Source of the DNA: Oscillatoriales cyanobacterium
Lineage (GTDB): Bacteria; Cyanobacteriota; Cyanobacteriia; Cyanobacteriales; Microcoleaceae
Direction of reading: 5' to 3'
NCBI GenBank assembly: GCA_004293365.1
Contig: RDYN01000124.1
Location: forward strand, 1 to 25,540
Length of the DNA stretch: 25,540 nt
Shown here: one piece after another, positions 8,184 to 17,265 of the stretch
How the letters are laid out: each line of letters opens with the position of its first letter
How positions within the stretch are numbered: position 1 is the stretch's first letter
The notes under the pieces: model-generated
Seen by the model: only the letters and a program-made list of their open reading frames with translations
Told to the model about the DNA's origin: nothing
Database searches by the model: none
Made by a program: the position numbers and the translations under genes

Positions 8184-11100
8184 ATGTCAACCACCAGCCC
8201 CACTCTCAAAAATTTTATCGAGCTAGTGCCGCTGTGCCTCCAAACGGCGGCGCTATCATCGCTACAGTCAATTTTCAGCTCCAGCAACTGCGATCGAGTT
8301 GCAGTGGTCAACGAACAGCTACAACCTCTAGGATTAGTTTACCTGCGCTGCTTTTGGGCCCTTTGGACCGATCGCACAAACGACTGGGAGCAACCTTTGT
8401 CAGCAAGTTCGATCGCAATCGAGCCGATCCGGGCCATACCTGGGACTCTGAGCATCAGCGAATTCTGGGAATATTTGCAAACAGAGGAGCTTGACACCCC
8501 AGCCAGGAGCCAAATCATCGGCGGTTGCTCCAAAAGTGCGATCGCCCTGACAGATGCCAGCGGGAAATTTTTAGGAATGCTAGACAGTCAGAGCCTGCTG
8601 CAATTCGCCGCACTTAACAGCAGCCTGAGGCCCGAACCCACTGAAGTCAAAGAAATTGAATCGAGATCGGTTTCTGCAGCCATCGCCACCGCCCTAGGAT
8701 CTCAAGTGCGCTTCCTAGAAGCAGGATTGAAACCCTCAGAAAACCTCAACTCCCTAGTGCAACTCCTGGAAAAACTGCCCCTGCCCTTGAGATTGCAAAC
8801 TCCCACCGGACAAATAGTCAGCCAAAACGCAGCGTGGCGGATTTTGCTGGGAGCTGGCCCAGAACCAGTTCCAGAACCGACAGCAAATTTGGGCAAACAC
8901 TCGCCCCACAAACCAAGCCATGTAACAACAGAATACAATAGCGTGCTCTTAGAGGCCGTCACCTCTGAGTGGAGGAGCCTAGTAGGAGCAAGTCGATCGG
9001 GCGATTCCCTGCGGGATAGCTTCGATTCACGGGATGGAACCGCAGCCGCGAGTTGCCCCTTACCCCTGTACGCCGCCGCCTCCCCATCAACCTTAACCGC
9101 GACCGCTTGGTCTCCCACCGCCGGCAAACCAGATACATATATTTGTGACTGTCCCGTACAAACAGGTCAAGAACGGATCTGGCAATTTGTCAAACAGTCA
9201 CTCTCAGATAAACTAATTTTAGTAATGGGACAAGATGTCACCGAAGAACATTTAGTCGCCAAAGAACTAGCAGCAAAAAACGCAGATTTAATCCACCTCA
9301 ACCGACTAAAAGACGAATTTTTATCCTGCATCAGCCACGAACTAAAAACCCCTCTCACCGCCGTCCTCGGTTTGTCGAGCCTGCTCAAAGATAAATTGAT
9401 CGGAGAACTCAACGATCGCCAAACACGCTACGCCAGACTAATCCATCAAAGCGGGCGGCATTTGATGACAATAGTGAACGACATTTTAGACTTGACCCGC
9501 ATGGAAACCGGGCAGCTAGAACTAATTCCGGAACCAGTAGAAATAGCAGCCACCTGCAAAAGAGCCTTTGAACAAGCAAAACAACTGCAACAGCAAGAAG
9601 AAAAATCATCTCCCCAGCCAAGCCAAACCAAGGGTGCATCTTCCCAAGCAGAACCCCCCGCCAAAATAGAATTTACACTGGAAATAGAACCGGGAGTGAG
9701 CTATTTAATTGCCGACGAACTGAGGCTGCGGCAAATGCTCGTAAACCTCCTTTCCAACGCCATAAAATTCACCGAAACAGGTGGCAAAATCGGATTGAAA
9801 GTAAATGTTTGGGAAGGTTGGCTCGCCTTCACAGTTTGGGATACCGGCATCGGCATCCCCGCCGACAAACAGCACCTGATATTTCAGAAATTCCAACAGC
9901 TAGAAAGCCCCCTCACCAGGCGCTTTCAAGGAACCGGACTGGGACTGGTACTGACTCAGCGCCTAGCCCGTCTCCACGGCGGAGACGTTTCGTTTATTTC
10001 CTCAGAAAACCAAGGCTCTGAATTTACATTGTTGCTGCCCCCAAGTCCTCCGGGAAATAGCGGGGAAGAATCTCCATCACATACAGGCATTGATGAAGAA
10101 TTATTGAAATCAAAATATCAGATTCCGATCGCCAATTCTCGCTCTCGTTTAGTATTAATAGTCGAAGCAGTTCCTAAATATATCGAAGATTTAAGCAAAG
10201 TCCTCTCCGGTTTGGGCTACCAAGTAATAGTCGCCCGTTCCGGCACCGAAGCGCTGGAAAAAGCCCGGAGGTTCAGTCCCGAAGCGATTTTTCTCAACCC
10301 GCTGCTGCCGCTGCTGTCCGGTTGGGACGTGCTGACGCTGCTGAAGAGCGATCCGGATACCCGATCGATTCCGGCGATCGTCACGGCCACCAGAGGCGAA
10401 AAAGAACGGGCTTCTGTCAACCGCGCCGAAGGCTTTTTGAGCTTGCCTGTGGAAGAAGCCGCTTTACGCCGGCTGTTGGCAGACTCGATCGGTCGCCCCG
10501 ACGCCAGTACCAGCAAGGTGAGGAGTTCTTTAACCGTGTTGTGGCTCAGCCCGCAAAACAGTTCCTCTCAAGGTTCTGCTTTACTCCTCAACCCCAACTA
10601 CTGCCGAGTTTTGGAAGCAGACGACCTCGGCCAAGCAGAACTCGTGGCGCGAATTTGGCGGCCTTCGGCGATCGTCTTGGACAGTACGAGTCAACTGCAA
10701 AACCCCTTAGCTTTCATCGAACAGTTAAGTCGGTCTCGAAATTTGGGTTCTCTGCCCTTAGTGACTTTAGACCCTGCAACGACGCAACTGGCAAATCAAG
10801 TCAAAAGATTGTCGGTATTTCCCTGTTTGGCGGCCCGCAGTCCCGAAGGCAGTGAAACCTCAGGCACCGGGTTGGGGGCGTCTGCGTTGTGGCAAGTGAT
10901 TCAAGTAGCTGCGGGCATGAGTTGGAAGCCCAGCATTTTATTTGCTGACATTTCGACTTTACCCGACTTGCACTGCACCACTCGGGGGAATCCGACGGGA
11001 GAATTGGCAAAGGGCGATCGATCGACAAAAGCCGAGATTCCCATTGCCAATTCCAAGTTTTCTACTCCCAACTTTCAAGCTTTGATTCAGTACATCCAAA

Positions 11101-11426
11101 CCGCAGGCTTTCGAGGGGCGATCGCACCTTGCTGGACAGAAGTTTTGCAGCAGTTGCAATATCAAAGCGTGGACTTAGTGTTGCTGTGCTTGCGAGATGC
11201 CCCGTCAGAATCGGCCGCCATGTTGCAAGCGCTATCGAACCTGCGGCAAATGGCTGTCAAACTGCCAATTTTAGTCTGGGACGATCGATCTGCTGTAAAT
11301 TTGGAATCGGAGGCGATCGACTTTTTGCTGCAAGAAGTATCTGCCAAAATTTTGCCTTCTTCCCTGTCAGCAGCACAACTGTTAGACAAAATTCAACAGA
11401 CTTTATTAACTAATTCAAATTCCTAA
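8184..11426 (+). CDS. Hybrid sensor histidine kinase with three C-terminal receiver-like (mostly pseudo-receiver) domains
   Basis: The H-box is FLSCISHELKTPL (His codon 9336-9338). The HATPase boxes are LLSNAIKFT, WDTGIGIP, FQKFQQ and GTGLGL. Receiver-like 1 (RLVLIVEA...AIFLNPLLPLLSGWDVL) has Asn (10296-10298) where the phospho-Asp is expected. Receiver-like 3 has VDLVLLCL. The N-terminus has CBS-like and PAS-like stretches (weak call). Confidence 0.85.
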   Translation: MSTTSPTLKNFIELVPLCLQTAALSSLQSIFSSSNCDRVAVVNEQLQPLGLVYLRCFWALWTDRTNDWEQPLSASSIAIEPIRAIPGTLSISEFWEYLQTEELDTPARSQIIGGCSKSAIALTDASGKFLGMLDSQSLLQFAALNSSLRPEPTEVKEIESRSVSAAIATALGSQVRFLEAGLKPSENLNSLVQLLEKLPLPLRLQTPTGQIVSQNAAWRILLGAGPEPVPEPTANLGKHSPHKPSHVTTEYNSVLLEAVTSEWRSLVGASRSGDSLRDSFDSRDGTAAASCPLPLYAAASPSTLTATAWSPTAGKPDTYICDCPVQTGQERIWQFVKQSLSDKLILVMGQDVTEEHLVAKELAAKNADLIHLNRLKDEFLSCISHELKTPLTAVLGLSSLLKDKLIGELNDRQTRYARLIHQSGRHLMTIVNDILDLTRMETGQLELIPEPVEIAATCKRAFEQAKQLQQQEEKSSPQPSQTKGASSQAEPPAKIEFTLEIEPGVSYLIADELRLRQMLVNLLSNAIKFTETGGKIGLKVNVWEGWLAFTVWDTGIGIPADKQHLIFQKFQQLESPLTRRFQGTGLGLVLTQRLARLHGGDVSFISSENQGSEFTLLLPPSPPGNSGEESPSHTGIDEELLKSKYQIPIANSRSRLVLIVEAVPKYIEDLSKVLSGLGYQVIVARSGTEALEKARRFSPEAIFLNPLLPLLSGWDVLTLLKSDPDTRSIPAIVTATRGEKERASVNRAEGFLSLPVEEAALRRLLADSIGRPDASTSKVRSSLTVLWLSPQNSSSQGSALLLNPNYCRVLEADDLGQAELVARIWRPSAIVLDSTSQLQNPLAFIEQLSRSRNLGSLPLVTLDPATTQLANQVKRLSVFPCLAARSPEGSETSGTGLGASALWQVIQVAAGMSWKPSILFADISTLPDLHCTTRGNPTGELAKGDRSTKAEIPIANSKFSTPNFQALIQYIQTAGFRGAIAPCWTEVLQQLQYQSVDLVLLCLRDAPSESAAMLQALSNLRQMAVKLPILVWDDRSAVNLESEAIDFLLQEVSAKILPSSLSAAQLLDKIQQTLLTNSNS

Positions 11427-11445
11427 AAATCAAGACATTCCCCGG

Positions 11446-11470
11446 TTTGTAGTAAGGACTTCAGTCCTCT
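11446..11470 (+). repeat. Dispersed hairpin repeat, copy 1 (TTTGTAGTAAGGACTTCAGTCCTCT)
   Basis: The stem is AGGACT/AGTCCT (11455-11460 / 11463-11468), 20 nt past the kinase stop codon. The same motif recurs at 14108, 19769 (inverted) and 22115 (degenerate). Confidence 0.8.
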
Positions 11471-11514
11471 ATAAAGCAGTGAATCAAAAATTTTATTCCT
11501 GAGTAAAAGTAGAA

Positions 11515-12513
11515 TTGGGCAACTACCGAAATCAAAACTGGTTTCGCGTCGCGAGCCAACAAGCAATATCAAAACTCAGGAATATAGGTTATTATGAACG
11601 ATCGAGAAACCATTATATTTTTTTCTGGGGCTATACAGTGCCTAATCGCATTCCTTTACTATCTCTGGTGCTCGCACTCGGTTTGTGGACAATGCCCAAG
11701 CCAGTTGTAGCACAGGCACTCCTGCCTTACACCCTGCAAATCGACTCTACCGGACTCGAACAGACAGCCTTGAGCCTTGCAGAGCGAGCCGTTCAGCTAG
11801 CCAGACTCCAGCAGTTCCAACTCGCCGTCCCCAGCGCTGAACTCGCGACGCAGTTAGCCCCCAAAAATCCTCAAACTTGGACTTTGTTAGGCAGCTTATA
11901 CCTTCAAATTGAGCAGTTTGACAAAGGCATTGAAGCCTTGGGCCAGGCTCAATCTCTGTCTCCAGAAAATGCCTCAATTAAATTTGTCTTGGGAGAAGCT
12001 CACTTTCGGAAAGCGAACTACGAGAAAGCAGCCGAATACTTGCAAGCAGGCTTGAAAATAAAGCCCGACACTCCGGGCGCATTATTTGATTTAGGTAACG
12101 CTTTTTACAAGCTAAAGCAGTTCGATCGCGCGATCGCCCAATATGAAAAAGCCTTTGCCTTAGAAAAAAAACTCTGGCCCGCTATCAACAATATCGGATT
12201 AGTCAAATACGAAATGGGAGATGTCGATAGCGCCATCAAACGCTGGCAAGAAGCGATCGCGATCGACGACAAAGCAGCAGAACCAATGCTAGCTCTAGCA
12301 GTAGCACTTTACACCAAAGGCGACAAAGAAAAAGGTTTAGCCCTGGGAGAAGCCGCCCTAAAATTGGACAAACGCTATGCCACAGTAACTTTTCTCAAAG
12401 ACAACCTCTGGGGCGATCGCTTGATTGCAGCCACCCAAAACTTCCTGGCAACTCCCCAAATTAAAGCAGCACTCGCCAAAATTCAAGATGCCCCACCATC
12501 TCCCCAATTGTAA
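11515..12513 (+). CDS. Secreted/periplasmic TPR-repeat protein (start uncertain; GTG at 11638 would give a signal peptide)
   Basis: It has multiple 34-residue TPR-like repeats (e.g. ALFDLGNAFYKLKQFDRAIAQYEKAFAL). The hydrophobic leader VPNRIPLLSLVLALGLWTMPKPVVAQA follows an in-frame GTG at 11638. The listed TTG at 11515 is less convincing. Confidence 0.75.
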   Translation: MGNYRNQNWFRVASQQAISKLRNIGYYERSRNHYIFFWGYTVPNRIPLLSLVLALGLWTMPKPVVAQALLPYTLQIDSTGLEQTALSLAERAVQLARLQQFQLAVPSAELATQLAPKNPQTWTLLGSLYLQIEQFDKGIEALGQAQSLSPENASIKFVLGEAHFRKANYEKAAEYLQAGLKIKPDTPGALFDLGNAFYKLKQFDRAIAQYEKAFALEKKLWPAINNIGLVKYEMGDVDSAIKRWQEAIAIDDKAAEPMLALAVALYTKGDKEKGLALGEAALKLDKRYATVTFLKDNLWGDRLIAATQNFLATPQIKAALAKIQDAPPSPQL

Positions 12514-12692
12514 CTTTAATTATAGTGAGTTTTTGCGGTGAGGACGGAGAGTTTTTAAAGCATTTTTTATCTGAGCCAGACTTGCTGTTTTTCAAGAGCA
12601 TCAATCAATCCAACACTTGCGAATATCACACAAATCTTTTACTGGTTTGTATTTTCTACTCGTTACTAGCAGTGCCTGGTAAGGCAGATTCG

Positions 12693-12730
12693 GAGGCTCT
12701 GCCTCCTTTTTCGGGCCGAGGCAGAGCCTC
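12693..12730. repeat. Perfect 13-bp inverted repeat (GAGGCTCTGCCTC-N12-GAGGCAGAGCCTC), followed by a CCAAGG-N5-CCTTGG hairpin at 12744-12760
   Basis: Read directly from the sequence. It lies between the TPR gene stop (12513) and the GST-like gene start (12822). Confidence 0.85.
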
Positions 12731-12795
12731 GCTGATATTGATTCCAAGGCTCTTCCTTGGAAACAGTTAAAGAAGTCGCTATCTTCAATTCTCCA

Positions 12796-12818
12796 ATCTA
12801 AAATCTAAAATCTAAAAT
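12796..12818 (+). repeat. Heptamer tandem repeat (ATCTAAA)x3 23-mer abutting a start codon
   Basis: ATCTAAAATCTAAAATCTAAAAT ends 3 nt before the ATG at 12822. An identical 23-mer occurs at 21365-21387. Confidence 0.9.
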
Positions 12819-12821
12819 CCC

Positions 12822-14015
12822 ATGATTCCCCTAACCTGGACACAACTAGAAACCCTCACCGACTTTGAAGTCGATCGCACCAACGGCCCCACCAACGCCC
12901 AATCCCGCTTGCGCCTCTTCGGAAAAACCGAATCCGATGTGCGAGTCACCCTCTACCGCGACAACCATGCGTGGTGTCCCTATTGCCAGAAAATCTGGCT
13001 GTGGTTGGAAGAAAAACAAATTCCCTACCGCATTGACAAAGTTACCATGTTCTGCTATGGGGAAAAAGAACTTTGGTACAAGCGTAAAGTGCCGTCGGGA
13101 ATGTTACCCGCGATCGAACTAGACGGCCGCATCATCACCGAAAGCGACGACATCTTAATCGCCCTCGAACAAGTCTTCGGCCCCTTGAGTTTGGGTATGA
13201 AAAACCCCCAAGTCCTTCCGCTGCGGCGGCTAGAGCGACTGCTGTTTAGAGCGTGGTGCTCTTGGCTGTGCTACCCGGCGAGTTCAGCCGCAGTAGAACA
13301 ACACAACCGCAAGCAATTTATCAGCGTCGTCGCCCAAGTTGAAGCAGCCCTAGCCAGCACGCCCGGGCCTTATTTCCTCGCTGAATTTGGCACTGCGGAT
13401 GTCATCTTTACGCCCTATGTCGAACGGATGAATGCCAGTCTTTACTATTACAAAGGCTACTCGATGCGGGAAGCAAACCCGCGCTTTGGTGACTGGTTTG
13501 CGGGGATGGAAAGCCGATCGACCTATCGCGGTACTCAAAGCGACTTCCACACCCACGTGCACGATTTACCGCCTCAAATGGGTGGCTGTTATGAAAACGG
13601 TGAACCGCAGATGTTACTCAACAAAGCCCGCGTGGATAACGGGCCTTGGGCTGGATTACCCGATGTGATGTATCCAGAACCAGAAACCTCGCGTAAAGAA
13701 GCACTCCACCGCGTCATCAAGCATCAGCGCAACATTATTAAAGTCAATCCTGCTGATGACAACTTATTTGATGAGGCTTTGCGTTGTGCTTTAACTTTGA
13801 TGATGACTGGCGAAGTTTGTAAACCGCCGGCTGGATCTGATGCGGCTTTGCGGTATTTGCGCGATCGGGTAAATGTCCCCCGAGATATGTCAATTTACGC
13901 GGCCAAGCGCTTGAGGGAAGCTTTAGAGGAAACGGCGGCCCTGGTGGGTGATGGCCAAGGTACTCCGATTCTGTTGAAGAATCGGCGGGATCAAGATCCG
14001 GCTAATTTTGTGTAG
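12822..14015 (+). CDS. Glutathione S-transferase / glutaredoxin-2-like family protein
   Basis: The N-terminus is a thioredoxin-fold GST domain with a CPYC motif ([26 protein letters not shown]...[27 protein letters not shown]), followed by a helical C-terminal part. Confidence 0.6.
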   Translation: MIPLTWTQLETLTDFEVDRTNGPTNAQSRLRLFGKTESDVRVTLYRDNHAWCPYCQKIWLWLEEKQIPYRIDKVTMFCYGEKELWYKRKVPSGMLPAIELDGRIITESDDILIALEQVFGPLSLGMKNPQVLPLRRLERLLFRAWCSWLCYPASSAAVEQHNRKQFISVVAQVEAALASTPGPYFLAEFGTADVIFTPYVERMNASLYYYKGYSMREANPRFGDWFAGMESRSTYRGTQSDFHTHVHDLPPQMGGCYENGEPQMLLNKARVDNGPWAGLPDVMYPEPETSRKEALHRVIKHQRNIIKVNPADDNLFDEALRCALTLMMTGEVCKPPAGSDAALRYLRDRVNVPRDMSIYAAKRLREALEETAALVGDGQGTPILLKNRRDQDPANFV

Positions 14016-14107
14016 GGAGAGCCTGGTGGATTTGCTTAAAGATTCGTACAAATACGATAGGGAGCATCTCAGTTTTGCATTTACAGTGCTGCCCCGCTCA
14101 AAAAAAA

Positions 14108-14135
14108 GTTCGTAGTGCGGACTTCAGTCCGCTCT
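14108..14135 (+). repeat. Dispersed hairpin repeat, copy 2 (GTTCGTAGTGCGGACTTCAGTCCGCTCT)
   Basis: The 7-bp stem is GCGGACT/AGTCCGC (14117-14123 / 14126-14132), preceded by an A8 run. It lies about 95 nt after the GST-like stop. Confidence 0.8.
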
Positions 14136-14181
14136 TTAAAATGCTTCTTGCAAAACTGAGATTGTTTCAGAGGCTCTGGGT

Positions 14182-14556
14182 ATGGTTTCAGTATCAAACA
14201 ACCAACCAATTATTATTCGTACAGAGCGCGGCCTGACAATTTCAGGTACGCGCATCACTCTCTATGATGTGATGGACTATCTGACGGCTCAGTATCCCCC
14301 GAAGTTTATCCGTTCATTGTTTGACTTAACAGACGATCAGATTAACGTTGCTTTATCCTACATTGAGGCAAATCGTGCAGAAGTTGAAGCAGAGTATCAA
14401 GTTGTTTTAAAGCAAGCTCAGGAAATTCGACAGTATTGGGAAGAGCGCAATCGCGAACATTCTGCCCGCGTTGCAGCGATGCCACCCAAACCAGGTCGAG
14501 AGGCAATGTGGGCTAAACTTCAAGAACAGAAAGCCAGACACGAAGTAGAAGCATGA
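14182..14556 (+). CDS. DUF433-family protein (putative antitoxin of a DUF433/DUF5615 pair)
   Basis: The motif is LTISGTRITLYDVMDYL...LTDDQINVALSYIEANR. Its stop overlaps the next gene's ATG (ATGA at 14553-14556). Confidence 0.75.
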   Translation: MVSVSNNQPIIIRTERGLTISGTRITLYDVMDYLTAQYPPKFIRSLFDLTDDQINVALSYIEANRAEVEAEYQVVLKQAQEIRQYWEERNREHSARVAAMPPKPGREAMWAKLQEQKARHEVEA

Positions 14557-14947
14557 ATTTTCTTATAGATCACAATCTTGGAGGTCATGCAGAGATTTTA
14601 TTGGGCAATATTGCGAGTCAAGGCTGGTTAAATCTACTCCCAATTCGTTTTGTCACCTTCAAACAGATGAATTTGTCGATCGACAGTAACGATCGAGTTG
14701 TTTGACGACTTGCTCAGGCAAATCAAATGATTTTGCTGACAGCAAACCGCAGCATGAAGGGTGAAGACTCCCTCGAACAGGTTATCTGAGAAGAAAATAC
14801 AGTGGATTCCCTCTCTGTGATTACGATTGGAGATGCGATCGATTTTTAGGCGATCGAGTCTATCGAAATCGTTGTGTCGATCGTATTCTAGAAATCTTGC
14901 TGGATATAGAAACCTGGATAGGCGTTGGTCGTCTTTTTGTTCCGTAA
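14553..14947 (+). pseudogene. DUF5615 (Mut7-C/PIN-like) putative toxin, inactivated by two TGA codons and a frameshift
   Basis: MNFLIDHNLGGHAEILLG...SNDRVV-TGA(14703-14705)-RLAQANQMILLTANRSMKGEDSLEQVI-TGA(14787-14789)-EENT...VITIG. The C-terminal part (RNRCVDRILEILLDIETWIGVGRLFVP, stop 14945-14947) is in another frame. Confidence 0.75.
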
Positions 14948-15006
14948 GGCTAGCAAATAGAATTGTACTACCATTGGTAGTATTAAAATTAGCATAAATA
15001 CTGTCT

Positions 15007-15237
15007 ATGAAAGTATCTATCTCTTTGCCAGATGAGTTAGTGCGTTACATTGACCAGCGTGTATAAAATCGCAGTAGCCTAGTTGAGCTTTTATTGCAAG
15101 CGTGGCGAAAACAACAAGAACAGCAGGCAATGGTAGAAACCTGTTTATTGCTCGATGAACTGAGCGATGAATTAACCGATGAGGATGAAGCATGGCAGCA
15201 AGCAGCGATTACTGACTGGGAAGCATCTGGCTGGTGA
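15007..15237 (+). pseudogene. Ribbon-helix-helix (CopG/MazE-like) antitoxin with an in-frame TAA
   Basis: MKVSISLPDELVRYIDQRV-TAA(15064-15066)-NRSSLVELLLQAWRK... The beta-strand/helix pattern is typical of RHH antitoxins. An overlapping GTGA at its end leads into a stub of only 25 codons. Confidence 0.6.
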
Positions 15238-15302
15238 CTTTAATTTATACCCAGATCCCCGAATTCTTAGAGAAGTCGAGGCTCTATCCCGTAGGAATTG
15301 TC

Positions 15303-16193
15303 TTATAGGTTGTTTTTGTTTTTATAGCGCTTGACTGAATCTTGTTTCATTTCTATAAATCTCTTTTCCGCGAGTTCTTGGACCTGGGGAGTGTAGTCTT
15401 TTCTAGAAAATACAGGACTGATGGATGTAGGGTAGGCTTTGATCCCCACAGATTGTATTTGAGGATTTTCGATCATTTCTGAAGCTTGCTGTATCAGAAG
15501 ATCGAAAGCCAGCTTATAACTATAAGCTTTTACCTCCGACAAAGATTGAAATTCAAAGGGATTTTGTATTCTGACAGCCCGAATAATAGGGCCAGTATCT
15601 ACGCCTTCATCTACATAATGAACAGACGCTCCAGCAACTCGTTTAAATTCTTCAATATCACCACGAGATGCCATATTTTCGACAGCAAACATACCCCTTG
15701 CATAAGGAAGAACAGCAGAATGAGCATTAATAATGTTACCTTCTGTCAATTCAATCCACCAAGGACTAAGAATCTTATCCAAAAACACAAACATACAAAT
15801 CTTACCTTCATTTTTACATTCTATTTGTAGCCACTCCTTCACTTTTTCACTATTTATAGTTTTACCTAAAAAGATACTTTTTTGAAATGAGTTTTGTGCC
15901 AATGCAGGTATTCCAAATAATCTTATCATAGCTTCTTCCGTCTTACTAAGTCCACCATATAATGTTTGGATTTCCTGTAGAGAATCACTTGTTAAAAGTT
16001 TTTCCTTCTGATGTAATTGATGAAATCGCTCTTTACTCTGGTGTGAAGCATCATTTTTATCATCTCGTATGAGAATACCTCTAAAAAATGGGTTTCCTTG
16101 GAATTTGGTGTACCATTGTGACACTAAATAAGTTGGATGAAAGCTATTTTCAGTCATTAATAAAAAATTACAAGGCTGATTGTTTGTTTTCAC
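15303..16193 (-). CDS. Formyltransferase-fold enzyme (Formyl_trans_N-like), substrate unknown
   Basis: IINAHSAVLPYARGM...HYVDEGVDTGPII aligns with the Asn-x-His...Asp catalytic triad region of Fmt/PurN-type N10-formyl-THF transferases. The N-terminal half is atypical, with an insertion. Confidence 0.7.
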   Translation of the reverse strand: MKTNNQPCNFLLMTENSFHPTYLVSQWYTKFQGNPFFRGILIRDDKNDASHQSKERFHQLHQKEKLLTSDSLQEIQTLYGGLSKTEEAMIRLFGIPALAQNSFQKSIFLGKTINSEKVKEWLQIECKNEGKICMFVFLDKILSPWWIELTEGNIINAHSAVLPYARGMFAVENMASRGDIEEFKRVAGASVHYVDEGVDTGPIIRAVRIQNPFEFQSLSEVKAYSYKLAFDLLIQQASEMIENPQIQSVGIKAYPTSISPVFSRKDYTPQVQELAEKRFIEMKQDSVKRYKNKNNL

Positions 16194-16326
16194 GGTTAGT
16201 ATGAACCTCTATTGATTTAAATTACAGTTTAGTTAACGGCTGCAAGCTGATAATTTTTCTTGATATATAGACATATCAAAAAACTGATTGTTTCTCCCTC
16301 CGATCGACGATATTTCTAGTTGATTT

Positions 16327-17265
16327 TTATAATGTTTTGCTGGGATTTTTGGGACGTAGCGACAACATCAACACTGTACTAACAATACATAGTCCACCGA
16401 TACCTTCAAAAAGACTCAGTGGTAAGCGAAGCCAAATAACTGATGCAGCTACAGCCGACAAAGGCTCTGCACTGGCTAATAAACTGGCTTCTGTAGGTGT
16501 AATGTATCGAAGACTGTCTATATAGAGATAAAAAGCGATTGCTGTGCCAAATACAATCACAAAACTTACTAACAAACCAGTAATTACAGACCAATGTTGA
16601 CCTTGAATTTGCCAAGGAGAAGCGATCGGGCATAATGCAATACCTCCTATAATCATGCCCCACCCAATGATTACTTCAGAACCCCAACGTTGTAGCAAAC
16701 CTGATGGATATAATGTGTAAAATGCAAGTGCAATTGCAGAACTTAATCCCCATGCTATTGAGGCACTGGAGACGGATAACTGGTGAATAGATCCATTTGT
16801 TACGAGAAGGAATGTACCTAAGAGGGCAAATCCCAGGGCTATAAACTCTTGATAATTCGGAATTCGATTGTACTTTATTGCTAAGTAAACCATAATAAAT
16901 AATGGAGCCAAATATTGCAATAAGGTTGCCGTAGCAGCATTACCAGTTTGAATTGCCACGAAATAGGTATACTGTACTCCCAACATACCAATAATTCCAA
17001 AAATCACTAATCGAATCCTATCTTTGGGCTCGTGCCACACAGCAAAAACTTGATGGAAATTATTTCGGAAACATCCAGTTATTAATAACAATATTCCTGA
17101 GATTAGCAGGCGCATTGTTACGAGCCAACCAGGAGTAAATCCCTCATTTTGAAAAAGCCTTTGTGCCACCGTACCAGAAAGTCCCCACAAGGTGGCCCCC
17201 ACCAGCACCATAATAAGTCCCTTATAACGTAATAACTGAATCTTTTTCGAGTCAGATGTGAGCAT
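16327..17265 (-). CDS. EamA/DMT-superfamily transporter (putative metabolite exporter)
   Basis: About 10 hydrophobic segments in a duplicated EamA-like arrangement (GATLWGLSGTVAQRLF...; second half SASIAWGLSSAIALAFYTLY...). Confidence 0.8.
   Translation of the reverse strand: MLTSDSKKIQLLRYKGLIMVLVGATLWGLSGTVAQRLFQNEGFTPGWLVTMRLLISGILLLITGCFRNNFHQVFAVWHEPKDRIRLVIFGIIGMLGVQYTYFVAIQTGNAATATLLQYLAPLFIMVYLAIKYNRIPNYQEFIALGFALLGTFLLVTNGSIHQLSVSSASIAWGLSSAIALAFYTLYPSGLLQRWGSEVIIGWGMIIGGIALCPIASPWQIQGQHWSVITGLLVSFVIVFGTAIAFYLYIDSLRYITPTEASLLASAEPLSAVAASVIWLRLPLSLFEGIGGLCIVSTVLMLSLRPKNPSKTL

Noticed and set aside
8702-10855. Several 70-177-aa ORFs overlapping the histidine kinase on either strand (e.g. 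8702..9127 minus, 10322..10855 plus).
   Set aside because: These are shadow ORFs typical of GC-richer coding sequence. They are Arg/Ser/Pro-rich with no motifs, and the kinase frame explains the region.
12525-12770. 81-aa ORF between the TPR and GST-like genes.
   Set aside because: Its C-terminal half (SEALPPFSGRGRASL) is simply the translation of the 13-bp palindrome. The start is non-ATG and it has no motifs.
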